Source: Thermoanaerobaculia bacterium
Lineage (GTDB): Bacteria; Acidobacteriota; Thermoanaerobaculia; Gp7-AA8
Direction: 5' to 3'
NCBI GenBank assembly: GCA_036522835.1
Contig: DATDFB010000093.1
Coordinates: 40,683 to 104,682 of the forward strand
Length of the DNA stretch: 64,000 bases
Part shown: positions 1-8,806 of the stretch, piece after piece
Position numbering within the stretch: position 1 is the stretch's first letter
Layout: every line of letters begins with the position of its first letter
Made by a program: the position numbers and the translations under genes
Notes under the pieces: model-generated
Told to the model about the DNA's origin: nothing
The model's input: only the letters and a program-made list of their open reading frames with translations
The model's database searches: none

Positions 1-1
1 C

Positions 2-448
2 GCCATCGACGGCGCCACCAAGTGGGCGGGCGGCCAGTCAAACCGCATCTGGGGCAACGGCGGCATCGCCGTCGACGACGCTCTCGACGGGCCGTCGCCG
101 GACGTGCTCACCACGCGCGGCCGGATGGCCACGCCGGTCATCACCAGCGCGACGTTCGATCCGGCCGCGGGCACGACGACGATCCGCGGCAGCGCCTCCG
201 CGCCGGGGCCTGTAAACGGCGTGAACGTCCACGTCGACGTCTACGCCGCCGACGCCGCGGGTCTCTTCGGCTCCGGCGAATCGCAGCGCTACCTCGGACA
301 AATTCAGCCCGGCGACTTCGAGATGAAGGTACGGGGCGACTTGCGCGGCCAATGGGTGTCGGCGGCGACGGTTCTCATCGACTACACCGTCAGCGAGGAC
401 GGGCCGACGCGGATGACGGAGCTCAGCCGGGCCGTGCAGGTACGCTGA
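2..448 (+). CDS. hypothetical protein, C-terminal fragment (5' end lies outside window)
   Basis: Frame is open from the window edge to TGA at 446-448. Product is Gly/Thr/Val-rich and beta-like. No family recognised. Confidence 0.45.
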   Translation, partial: AIDGATKWAGGQSNRIWGNGGIAVDDALDGPSPDVLTTRGRMATPVITSATFDPAAGTTTIRGSASAPGPVNGVNVHVDVYAADAAGLFGSGESQRYLGQIQPGDFEMKVRGDLRGQWVSAATVLIDYTVSEDGPTRMTELSRAVQVR

Positions 449-1298
449 CGACCACGCGCCCGCGCACGTGGCCGCTCTCCACGGCCTCGTGCGCGAGCGC
501 GATCTCGCCGAGCGGGAAGGTCCGGGCGATGCGCGGACCCTCCCACCCCTCCGCAAGCATGGCGTTGAGCTCGCGCGCGGCCGAGAGCTTCGCCTCGAGC
601 GGAAAGTCGTCGCTGCCGAGGAGGTAGAGGCGGGCGTTCCGGAAGAGGAGCGGCCAGAACGGAAGCGTTGGATGCGGATCGCTCGCCGCGTACGCCGCGA
701 TCGAGCCGTTCGGGGCGAGCGCGTCGAACGGGCACGTCGCGAAGTCGACGGTGACGATGTGATCGGCGTTCTCTTGCACGATCGTCGCGCCGGCGCGCTC
801 GGCGAACAACACCGCCAGCTCGCCGACCGCGCCGCGCGCGCCGTGCACCAGCACGCGCTTGCCGCGAAGATCGCCGGCGACGTGCACGGCGCGATGGGCG
901 GTGATGCCGGGGATACCGAGGCACGCGCCGGCCTTGAACGGAACGCCGTCGGGGAGCGGCACGGCGTTGTGCAGCGGCACGGTCGTGAATTCGGCGGCCG
1001 TGCCGAACGGGCGGTAGCTCTGCGCGCCGAAGCACCAGACGCGGCGGCCGAGGTGCTCCTCCGAAACGCCGTCGCCGACTTTGTCGATCACGCCGGCGCC
1101 GTCGCTGTGCGGGATGACGCGCGGATAGGCCATGCCGTAGCCGAAGGCGTCGTTGCGCTTCTTGATGTCGCCGGGATTGATCCCCGAGGCGGCGATGCGG
1201 ATGCGCACCTCGCCGGGCGCGGGCGAGGGATCGTCCATCTCGCCGACGACGAGAACATCGCGCGCGGGGCCTTGGCGCTCGTACCAGGCGGCTCGCAT
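423..1298 (-). CDS. quinone oxidoreductase, zinc-type alcohol dehydrogenase superfamily (NADPH:quinone reductase-like)
   Basis: Begins MRAAWYERQGP. Has GINPGDIKKR and the VLVHGARGAVG Rossmann motif. Start chosen at the second Met (ORF opens at 1331). 3' end overlaps feature 1 convergently by 26 nt. Confidence 0.75.
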   Translation of the reverse strand: MRAAWYERQGPARDVLVVGEMDDPSPAPGEVRIRIAASGINPGDIKKRNDAFGYGMAYPRVIPHSDGAGVIDKVGDGVSEEHLGRRVWCFGAQSYRPFGTAAEFTTVPLHNAVPLPDGVPFKAGACLGIPGITAHRAVHVAGDLRGKRVLVHGARGAVGELAVLFAERAGATIVQENADHIVTVDFATCPFDALAPNGSIAAYAASDPHPTLPFWPLLFRNARLYLLGSDDFPLEAKLSAARELNAMLAEGWEGPRIARTFPLGEIALAHEAVESGHVRGRVVVSVPARPG

Positions 1299-1342
1299 GA
1301 GGAGAGCGGCGGCATGGCCGCCGCACTCCATAATAATCGCGC

Positions 1343-2044
1343 GTGTTCGCGCTGCTCATCGCCGTCGCCGCCGCGGTGGCCGGCGGCATCGCCGCGGTGG
1401 CCGGCTTCGGCATCGGCAGCCTCCTCACGCCGCTCCTGGCGCTGCGCTTCGGGACGAAGCTCGCCGTCGCCATCGTCTCCGTGCCGCACTTCATCGGCAC
1501 GGCCGTCCGCTTCGCCACGATGTGGCGCCGCGTCGACCGCCGCGTGCTTCTCCGCTTCGGCGCGCTCAGCGCCGCCGGCGGCCTCCTCGGCGCGTTGCTG
1601 AACGCGTGGGCGAATAGCCGCGCGCTGACGATCGTCTTCGGCCTCCTCCTCATCTTCGCCGGCACCGCCGCGGGACGGCTGCGCTTCGGGCGCAAGACGG
1701 CCTGGCTGGCCGGGCTGGTGTCGGGACTCTTCGGCGGTCTGGTCGGAAACCAGGGCGGCATCCGCTCCGCCGCGCTCCTCGGATTCGAGCTGGAGAAAGA
1801 AAGCTTCGTCGCCACCGCCACCGCCATCGGCCTCGTCGTCGACGGCGCGCGGATGCCCGTCTACGTCGCCACGCAGTGGGCCGGCATGGCGCAGGCGCGC
1901 ACGGAGATGCTCATCGCCGCGGCCGGCGTCGTGGCCGGCACGTTCCTCGGCATCACGCTTCTCCGGCGCATTCCGGAGCGCTGGTTCCGCCGCGCCGTGT
2001 CGCTTCTCATCGTCCTGCTCGGTGTGTATATGCTCTTCAAATGA
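1343..2044 (+). CDS. TauE/SafE (DUF81) family sulfite-exporter-like membrane protein
   Basis: 233-aa poly-TM protein with two Gly-rich repeat halves (GFGIGSLLTPLL / GGLVGNQGG) typical of TauE/SafE. Confidence 0.75.
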   Translation: MFALLIAVAAAVAGGIAAVAGFGIGSLLTPLLALRFGTKLAVAIVSVPHFIGTAVRFATMWRRVDRRVLLRFGALSAAGGLLGALLNAWANSRALTIVFGLLLIFAGTAAGRLRFGRKTAWLAGLVSGLFGGLVGNQGGIRSAALLGFELEKESFVATATAIGLVVDGARMPVYVATQWAGMAQARTEMLIAAAGVVAGTFLGITLLRRIPERWFRRAVSLLIVLLGVYMLFK

Positions 2045-2793
2045 AGCGGCTCGCCCTCGTCGCACTCCTCGTCGCCACGCCCGCCTTCGCCCACGACTTC
2101 TGGATCGAGCCCTCGACGTTCCACCCCGCCGCGGGCGCGCGCATCACCGCCGCGCTCCGCGTCGGCATGCACCTCCTCGGCGATCCCGTTCCACGCATCG
2201 CGGAGCTCATCGACAAATTCTTCATCCGCGGCAACGGCGACGAGCGGCCGGTCGTCGGGCGCACGGGGATGGAGCCGGCCGGCATCGCCTTCGTCTCCGG
2301 GCCGGGGCTGCACTGGATCGGCTATCAGAGCTTCGCATCGCCGCTGAACCTCGATGCACAGAAGTTCGCGGAGTATCTGCGCGACGAAGGACTGCCGACG
2401 GTTCCGCGGGGGCCGGAGCGCTTCTACCGCTGCGCGAAGGCTCTGCTCGACACGCCCGGCGACTCCGGCAAGGTGCTGGAGACGCCGCTCGGCTTCACGC
2501 TCGAGCTGGTCCCGCACCGGAATCCCTACGCGTCGCGCGAGCTGCCGCTCACGCTGCTCTTCCGCGGCAAGCCGCTCGCGAACGCGCAGATCGTCGCCAT
2601 CAACGGCAACCACGAAGAGAAAGTGCGCACCGACGCGCGCGGCCGCGCCACCGTTCGGACCGCGCGGAGCGGCTTGTGGCTGATCAAGGCAGTGCACATG
2701 GAGCCGGCGCCGAAGGGCTCCGGCTCCATGTGGGAGAGCTGGTGGGCATCGATGACGTTCGAGTCTACGGGCGATATTCTGCTGCCGAGATGA
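2041..2793 (+). CDS. DUF4198-like secreted protein
   Basis: Signal peptide MKRLALVALLVATPAFA followed directly by HDFWIEP. ATG overlaps the upstream stop (ATGA). The upstream part of the 305-aa ORF is a non-coding extension. Confidence 0.65.
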   Translation: MKRLALVALLVATPAFAHDFWIEPSTFHPAAGARITAALRVGMHLLGDPVPRIAELIDKFFIRGNGDERPVVGRTGMEPAGIAFVSGPGLHWIGYQSFASPLNLDAQKFAEYLRDEGLPTVPRGPERFYRCAKALLDTPGDSGKVLETPLGFTLELVPHRNPYASRELPLTLLFRGKPLANAQIVAINGNHEEKVRTDARGRATVRTARSGLWLIKAVHMEPAPKGSGSMWESWWASMTFESTGDILLPR

Positions 2794-3499
2794 AGCGGCC
2801 GTCGTTGGTGGTGTTGTCGACGACGACGGCGTAGCAGACGGCGCTGTCCGACGGATTGAACCGCACGTACCCGTCCGTGACGATCGGAGTGATTCCGGTC
2901 TGTCCCCACGCGTGCGGCGGGAGGACCAGCGCGGCCGTGCCGATCGTCAGCTTGCCGGTGCTGTCGAGGACCGTGGCGGTGATCGTGTTCGCCGCATCGG
3001 ACTGGTTGAAGCAGCCGACGTTCGTACGGCTCGTGGAGTTGACGTTGATGCCCGGCGCGAACGACGGCGAGCTCGAGCCCCCGAACTCCAGCGCCGGCAC
3101 GGACGTGCTGAAGTTGCCCGCCGTCACCTCGCTGCTCACGACGAAGCGGTTGCTCGGATCGGGACTGGACAGCACCACGGCGCCGCCGCCCGTCGTGGCG
3201 AACACCGTGCCGAGAAAGTTCCCGAAGACCTTCTGCTCGCCGGCCGCGAGGGTGATGGTGGCGTCCTTCTTCGTGCCGGTCGCATCGAAGAAGCTGGCGG
3301 TGATGGAGTAGTCCGACGGCGTCGGATTGAGGATGGCCACGGAGCTCCGGAACACCGCGCCGCCGAAGCCGGTCGTGTTCGCGACCACGGGGATCGTTTG
3401 CACGTTCGAGGCGAAGCTGTCGTTCGGGGCGACGCCGCGCTTGCTCGTCTGCGCGAGCGCGGTGGTGGCGATGAGCGCGAGAAAAAGAAATCGTTTCAT
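2765..3499 (-). CDS. secreted hypothetical protein
   Basis: ATG at 3499 gives signal peptide MKRFLFLALIATTALAQT. Thr/Ser/Asn-rich beta-like mature protein. The remaining 5' part of the 635-aa ORF is a start-less in-frame extension. Confidence 0.6.
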   Translation of the reverse strand: MKRFLFLALIATTALAQTSKRGVAPNDSFASNVQTIPVVANTTGFGGAVFRSSVAILNPTPSDYSITASFFDATGTKKDATITLAAGEQKVFGNFLGTVFATTGGGAVVLSSPDPSNRFVVSSEVTAGNFSTSVPALEFGGSSSPSFAPGINVNSTSRTNVGCFNQSDAANTITATVLDSTGKLTIGTAALVLPPHAWGQTGITPIVTDGYVRFNPSDSAVCYAVVVDNTTNDGRFISAAEYRP

Positions 3500-3510
3500 G
3501 GTCGTTCTCC

Positions 3511-5058
3511 TCACTGGCACGGCGGGAAGGCGTTCGGATCCGGGATCACCGGCGTCGCCGGCAGGTTGATGCCGCCGTGGCCCTGAAGCAGCCCCTGGTG
3601 CGGCGGAGCGAGGAACGGGAAGCGCGGCAGGAACTCCTTGTCGTTGACCTCCACGCCCTTGGCCAGGCCGGCGTTCGGGTTGCCCGCGGCGATGAGGCTG
3701 ATGAGCACGGAGTTGACGTTGACCTGTTGGCGCGTCGACGTCGTGCCGCCGCCGAGGCGGCGCCCGTTCGGGAACTGCGAGTCGATCGCGGCGTCGAGCG
3801 TGATGACGTCGCCGGTCGAGCCGTCCGCCACCGGGATCGGGCGCCCGAGGTTGATGGCCTTGATGATGTCGAAGCGCGGTCCCTTCAGCGTCGCGATCGT
3901 GGCCGCGTCGAGGCCGAGGGCCTTGTAGACGCCGAGGGCCTCGAGGTCGCGCACGAGCACCGGGAAGAGCACGTCGTTGCCGAAGCGCGACACGTCCTTC
4001 ATCGGATCGGTGTGGAGATACAGCGTCTGCCGCTGCGTGCCGACAAAGCCGGCGTTGAAGAGCGGCAGGCCGTTGCGGCCGACCTGCACGAAGTTTCCGG
4101 AGCCGCGCAGGCCGGTGATGATGTTGCTCGGGTCGACGGTCTGCGTGGCCTGGCGGCTGATGCTGACCCAGACGCGCAGCAGGCTGTCGACGGAGTTCGC
4201 GTCGAGCGTGCCGTTGTGCGGAATGCCGTCGGGGAAGAGTTCCGCGGTCGGAATCTCCAGGGCGATGGAGGAGACGTTGAAGCCGGTGAAGACATCCTCG
4301 GACGGCGTCTTGCGCGCGCCGGGCGCGAGACCGGCGAGGTCCGGCGCGGCGAGGTTGACGAGGTCGAAGATGCCCTTCTCGTCGAGCTGATACGGATCGT
4401 CGAAATCGCCGGCGATGATGCGCCCGCCGTTCGAGAGCGGCTGAATGAACGTGTCGATGAAGGCCTGGCTGTAAAGGCCATTCTCGCGGCTGGAGCGGTC
4501 GGTGGAGTCGTAGCCCTTGAAGGGCCCGAGGCCGTAGACCAGACGGTCCGTCTGCGGGCCGTGGTTGTTCGGAAGGACTTTGAGGTCCTTGCCGATGACG
4601 GTCGGATTCGGCTGCCCCGGCGCCATGACGCGCGTGATGGTCATGGTCTCGGTGCCGCCGGTGAGCTGCCACAACAGCTCATTGCCGCCGCCTAAGGGGT
4701 CGGAGGCGCTCGGCGCGGCCTCGGGGGTGAGCGTCTTCTTGAACTCGACGCGGTAGACCGCCTGATCGGCGAGGCTCGCGCCCTTCCCGATGTGAAACTC
4801 GTATCGGTAGCCGTCGCACGCACGGAAGCCCTGGTTGCCTTGCCCAGGCTCATGCAGCGGGTTGTAATCCATGATCAGAAACAGCTTGTCGTGCGTGCCG
4901 TTCGAGACCCAGGCGAACGTGTCGGTGTTGTCCGCGCACGGCTCGTTGAGGACGGCCAGCGCCTCGCGGTGGCTCGACGCGTGCGCCGGCATGACGACCG
5001 CGAAAAGGGCGAGGACCAGCAACGCACCGGACATCCGGCGTATGGGAGAGAGTCGCAT
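3511..5058 (-). CDS. secreted hypothetical protein (~515 aa)
   Basis: Internal ATG at 5058 gives MRLSPIRRMSGALLVLALFAVVMPAHA signal peptide. The first 50 codons of the ORF are Arg/Glu-rich junk. No catalytic motif recognised. Confidence 0.6.
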   Translation of the reverse strand: MRLSPIRRMSGALLVLALFAVVMPAHASSHREALAVLNEPCADNTDTFAWVSNGTHDKLFLIMDYNPLHEPGQGNQGFRACDGYRYEFHIGKGASLADQAVYRVEFKKTLTPEAAPSASDPLGGGNELLWQLTGGTETMTITRVMAPGQPNPTVIGKDLKVLPNNHGPQTDRLVYGLGPFKGYDSTDRSSRENGLYSQAFIDTFIQPLSNGGRIIAGDFDDPYQLDEKGIFDLVNLAAPDLAGLAPGARKTPSEDVFTGFNVSSIALEIPTAELFPDGIPHNGTLDANSVDSLLRVWVSISRQATQTVDPSNIITGLRGSGNFVQVGRNGLPLFNAGFVGTQRQTLYLHTDPMKDVSRFGNDVLFPVLVRDLEALGVYKALGLDAATIATLKGPRFDIIKAINLGRPIPVADGSTGDVITLDAAIDSQFPNGRRLGGGTTSTRQQVNVNSVLISLIAAGNPNAGLAKGVEVNDKEFLPRFPFLAPPHQGLLQGHGGINLPATPVIPDPNAFPPCQ

Positions 5059-5167
5059 TGATTTCTCCTTTAGTTCCTTACTGCGTTCTTGTTCCCTCGA
5101 GGTGTTGACAAGTACGCGGGCGGGCTGCAAGTGGATTTGAGGCCCGTCTGTTGCACGGGCGAAATTC

Positions 5168-5548
5168 ATGAGACTCTCCGACGCGGATGCCGTGGCGACG
5201 ATCGCCGTCAAAGACCTGAGCGTGGCGAAGAAGTTCTACGAAGAGACGCTCGGCCTCAAACCGTTCGATGAACAGAATCCCGGCGGCGCCCGGTTTCACA
5301 GCGGCAACTCGACGCTGTTCGTCTATGAGTCGCAGTACGCCGGAACGAATCGCGCCACTGCCGCGACGTGGGTCGTCGACGACGCGGAGGAGGTCGTCCG
5401 CGCGCTCAAAGCGAAGGGCGTGGCCTTCGAGCACTACGACGATCTGCCCGGCCTGACCCGCCAGGGCGATCTGCACGTGGCCGGCCGTTTCAAGGGAGCG
5501 TGGCTGAAGGATCCGGACGGGAACATCCTGCACGTATTGAGCGTGTAA
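5168..5548 (+). CDS. VOC family protein (glyoxalase/bleomycin-resistance fold)
   Basis: 126 aa. IAVKDLSVAKKFYEETLG N-terminal beta-alpha-beta motif typical of VOC proteins. Confidence 0.8.
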   Translation: MRLSDADAVATIAVKDLSVAKKFYEETLGLKPFDEQNPGGARFHSGNSTLFVYESQYAGTNRATAATWVVDDAEEVVRALKAKGVAFEHYDDLPGLTRQGDLHVAGRFKGAWLKDPDGNILHVLSV

Positions 5549-5557
5549 CCGCTTCGC

Positions 5558-7762
5558 TCACGTTCGCCGCAAAGCGTGCAAAGCCGCCGCGCCCGGCGAG
5601 GCCGCTGACCGCGACGGCCGCGCCGGCGATCTGAACGCCGCCGCAACGGCCCCGCGGAGCATCGACTCCGAGGGAATGTACGGAATCGCGCCGCCGCACA
5701 TGGCCTCATCCCGCCGTCTGTGCCAATCCGTGACTTTCGAGCGATGGAGATCCGCCGCGCGCGCGAGAACGAAGTCTCGCGTGATCGTCGATCGCGTTTC
5801 GCCCGCGATGGGCGGTTGGCCGCGATCCAACAGCGGAAAGTCATTCATGATGAGAGCCGCGTCGTCCAGGTCGAGGCCGTACGCTTTGAAGATCGTCGCG
5901 TCGATCGTGGCCCGGAGCGCCGCCGCCGCGAGCATCGTGTCCCGGCTCGAGCCGGCGGACGCGAGGCGTACGAGCTTCCGCGCGTCATCGGCCAGTCTCC
6001 GCGTCGCGATCGTCTCCTCCATCAGGCTGGCCGGGACCGGCAGGCTCCGCAAGAGAAAATAATTGACCGTCGTGGTGATGACTCTTCGGGCCACCCAGTC
6101 GAAGGCAAAGCTGTTGAGCAGGGCCAGGAAGCGCAGCCGCTGAACTTCATCCTCATCACCGAAGGAGATCGTCGGCACCTTGTTGCCGCAGACGACGCCG
6201 GCCGGAATTGGCGCGGCCAGAATGGCGCGCTCGTTCGTCTGCCCGGTGGTGTCGCAGAAGCCCAAGCGCTCGCGGAAGGCGCGCTGGAGCGTCCGCTCGG
6301 GAAGCGAATCTTTCTTGCACCAGAACTGCGGCGCGGTCGCGGCGTCGCCGAACGGCAGCGGCGTCCATTGCGCGCGGCGGCCGCTGCCGCTCGCATACGC
6401 TTTCGCGCCGAACAGATATTGATTCACCATGCGGCCCTCGACAATCGGAAGAGCGCCGCTCGAGCGGTGCCGCGAGAACAGGGCGCGGTCGCGCGTCATG
6501 TCGAGCTCGCGAACGATCGTCGGCTGCCAGCGCGGCGGCACGTCGCTCCACCTCTGGCTATGACGATAGATGGCCCGGAGCACCCGCCATTCGGCGGGCC
6601 CGCGCACCTCCGGCACCGTCAGGTCTGGCCGCATGGCCTGCAACTGACGGATCGGGATCCGAACGCTCGACTCGGATGGCGCGGCGTGCGCGACTTCGAA
6701 TGCGCGCGCGCCCTTTTTCGCAACGCGCGCCGTGAGCGCGAGAAACTTGAACCGCGAGTCGATGGCGAAGAACCGCGCGCGATTTTCCATGACCACCAGG
6801 CGAAGGCCGCTCGTTCGTCCGAGCAGCAGTTGCCGCAGCTCTTCGGTCGATTGCGAGCGAATCAGGCCGGCGGGGACGAGCACGGAAAGCCGCCCGCCGC
6901 TGCCGGCCAGCCGGAACATCAGCTCCAGAAATGCTCTGTAGAGATCGGGCTCGCCGTTTCGGAGAAGCGGATACCGCTCGAGGAGCTGCATCGCATACGA
7001 GCTGACCTGCTCGAGCCCGGCCTCGTACGCGCGCAACGCCGATGAATCGTAGTCGGCGCCGTAGTGCCGCTCGCCGCCGAGCGACTGGATGTATTCGTGC
7101 CGCGAGAGCTTCAACTTCTCCCACGGCGGATTGGCGATCACCAGGTCGAAACCGCGCTCCGGGACGCCGGCGAGGAGACTGTCGTGCCGGCGCCAATGCG
7201 AATTCATTTCGTCGATGGCATCGAGATCGTCGACCATCGACGCCAGGGCCAACCGCGCGCCGCGCAGCGCGGCCGCCGACCGGTCCGCCGCATAGACGCG
7301 GTCGCGCAGCCACGACGCCGTTCGCACCCGGTCCGACCCGCACGCGGCCATGACCACGGCGGCGAGCAGCACGCCCGACCCGCTGGCCGGATCGATGACC
7401 CGGCCGTCCATGGCGTCGCGAGACAGGCCGGCGAGATATTGCGCAAGCCGGAAGTCGGTGTAATACGCGCCGGCCGTCCTCCGCGACAAATGCGGAAGGC
7501 GCTCGCGCGCGAGCGCGCTCAATGCCAGCGGAAGCGGAATGGCGATGTTGGAGAGCAGCGCCACGACGCGCTCCGCTGCCGCCAACGCTTCGTTCGCGCG
7601 GATGCGCGGCGAGAGATGGAAGCGCCGCCAGTATTCACGTACATCGAAACCGCCCGCTCGCGACGACGCCGCCTCGAGGACGGCCACGCGATCGTCGACC
7701 TCGGCGAGCAATAATTCGACAGGCGCTAAAAGCTGATCTTCGTGCGTCGACGCGACGGTCAA
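5558..7762 (-). CDS. gamma-class N6-adenine DNA methyltransferase (Eco57I/TaqI-like) with TaqI_C-type target-recognition domain, no nuclease domain
   Basis: YYTDFRLAQYLAG, SAM motif I VIDPASGSGVLL, catalytic motif IV IANPPWEKLK, GGRLSVLVPAGL, C-terminal LALLNSFAFDWVARRV (TaqI_C-like). The first 183 codons of the ORF overlap the dam gene and are Arg-rich junk. Proposed TTG start overlaps the dam stop (TTGA). Start uncertain. Confidence 0.75.
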   Translation of the reverse strand: MTVASTHEDQLLAPVELLLAEVDDRVAVLEAASSRAGGFDVREYWRRFHLSPRIRANEALAAAERVVALLSNIAIPLPLALSALARERLPHLSRRTAGAYYTDFRLAQYLAGLSRDAMDGRVIDPASGSGVLLAAVVMAACGSDRVRTASWLRDRVYAADRSAAALRGARLALASMVDDLDAIDEMNSHWRRHDSLLAGVPERGFDLVIANPPWEKLKLSRHEYIQSLGGERHYGADYDSSALRAYEAGLEQVSSYAMQLLERYPLLRNGEPDLYRAFLELMFRLAGSGGRLSVLVPAGLIRSQSTEELRQLLLGRTSGLRLVVMENRARFFAIDSRFKFLALTARVAKKGARAFEVAHAAPSESSVRIPIRQLQAMRPDLTVPEVRGPAEWRVLRAIYRHSQRWSDVPPRWQPTIVRELDMTRDRALFSRHRSSGALPIVEGRMVNQYLFGAKAYASGSGRRAQWTPLPFGDAATAPQFWCKKDSLPERTLQRAFRERLGFCDTTGQTNERAILAAPIPAGVVCGNKVPTISFGDEDEVQRLRFLALLNSFAFDWVARRVITTTVNYFLLRSLPVPASLMEETIATRRLADDARKLVRLASAGSSRDTMLAAAALRATIDATIFKAYGLDLDDAALIMNDFPLLDRGQPPIAGETRSTITRDFVLARAADLHRSKVTDWHRRRDEAMCGGAIPYIPSESMLRGAVAAAFRSPARPSRSAASPGAAALHALRRT

Positions 7763-8802
7763 GCGATCACCGCCCTCGCCAGCACCTCCTCCTCCTTTTG
7801 GATCTCGATCAGATATTCGGTCACGTCCGCCGCCGCCGCGCTGGCCACTGCATTCGGCCGGTACCGCCCGATCTCGCCGATGGCGCCGACGCTGACCTCC
7901 CCCAACGCGCTCAAGGCCTCGGTCAGCGGCTCGATCGGCACGTGCCCCTCCGAGCTGTAGGAGAGAAGAATGCGCCGCGGCGGCAGTTGCCGGACCATTT
8001 CGGCGATCGCGCCGAGGGCCTTGCGCCGATAGCAGAAGCGCGAGGCGTTCTGGACCCACGGCCTCAAGCCCGTCACGCCCGTGACTTCGGGCTCGTCCCC
8101 CAAGGCGATCGTTTCGAGGATGTGGTAGTAGGCGGCGTATTGGCGCTTCGTGTAGGGCGGGTCGAGATAGGCGACGTCGTCCGCGGTCATCGGAACCTCG
8201 AGGACGTCGCCGCAATGAATCCGCAGATCGACGCGCCGCGAGAAAAGCGTGCGCCGCGGCATGAGCATCAGCGGCTCGCGCGCCTGCGGCAGCCAGTGCC
8301 GCAGAAAACATCCATACGTTCCGGCGATGTTGGCGACGCGATTGGCCGCGGCCATGAGGTCCGCCACGAGCACGCGGTGCTCGGCCGTCGTGATCTCGCC
8401 AAGCGCGAAACGCCGCTCGATCTCGAAACGAATGGCGTCGATGCGAGCGGCGTTCTCTTCAGAAAAGTACTTTCGTCCCGAGACCGGGCTGTACTCGCGG
8501 TAAATGAATCCCTCGCGTGGCGGAATCTCGTTGAGATGAACGAGCGCGCGCTCATACGAGCCGAACGCGCGGAAGGGTATGTCTTCGCGCGCCGTCATCC
8601 GCGCCGCGGCCATGATCGTGGCCGAAAAGAGCGTGTCGTTGAGCGTGACGCTCCAGCCGCGAAGGGCGGCCCGTTCGGAGACGACGCCGGTGCCGCAAAA
8701 CGGCTCGATGAGACGGCGGCGAGAGTCCGCCGGCCTGCCGATGAGAGTGGCGATCGCGTCCGCAACCCGAGCTTTCGAACCGATGTAGCGAACGGTCGCC
8801 AT
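7759..8802 (-). CDS. Dam-family (D12/alpha class) N6-adenine DNA methyltransferase
   Basis: MATVRYIGSKARV (motif X), EPFCGTGVV (motif I), and DPPY (motif IV) after a central TRD, in alpha-class order. Starts 4 nt after the stop of the upstream GGDEF gene. Confidence 0.8.
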   Translation of the reverse strand: MATVRYIGSKARVADAIATLIGRPADSRRRLIEPFCGTGVVSERAALRGWSVTLNDTLFSATIMAAARMTAREDIPFRAFGSYERALVHLNEIPPREGFIYREYSPVSGRKYFSEENAARIDAIRFEIERRFALGEITTAEHRVLVADLMAAANRVANIAGTYGCFLRHWLPQAREPLMLMPRRTLFSRRVDLRIHCGDVLEVPMTADDVAYLDPPYTKRQYAAYYHILETIALGDEPEVTGVTGLRPWVQNASRFCYRRKALGAIAEMVRQLPPRRILLSYSSEGHVPIEPLTEALSALGEVSVGAIGEIGRYRPNAVASAAAADVTEYLIEIQKEEEVLARAVIA

Positions 8803-8806
8803 CCAT

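Noticed and set aside
382-1827. 481-aa minus-strand ORF (and 377-aa plus-strand ORF 468-1601) rich in Arg/Ala/Pro
   Set aside because: Alternate-frame / antisense read-through of the quinone oxidoreductase and TauE genes in 70% GC DNA. It has no motifs. The real genes fully account for the region.
3500-4672. Upstream 390 codons of the 635-aa minus ORF 2765-4672
   Set aside because: It has no start codon context and a Gln/Arg/Pro-rich composition. It is entirely overlapped by the well-formed secreted-protein gene 3511-5058 in another frame. The real gene starts at the internal ATG with a signal peptide (3499).
7763-8311. N-terminal 183 codons of the 917-aa methyltransferase ORF
   Set aside because: It overlaps the Dam-family gene, whose motifs X, I and IV are in the other frame. 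The sequence is Arg/Gly-rich nonsense. The methyltransferase fold begins only after 7762.
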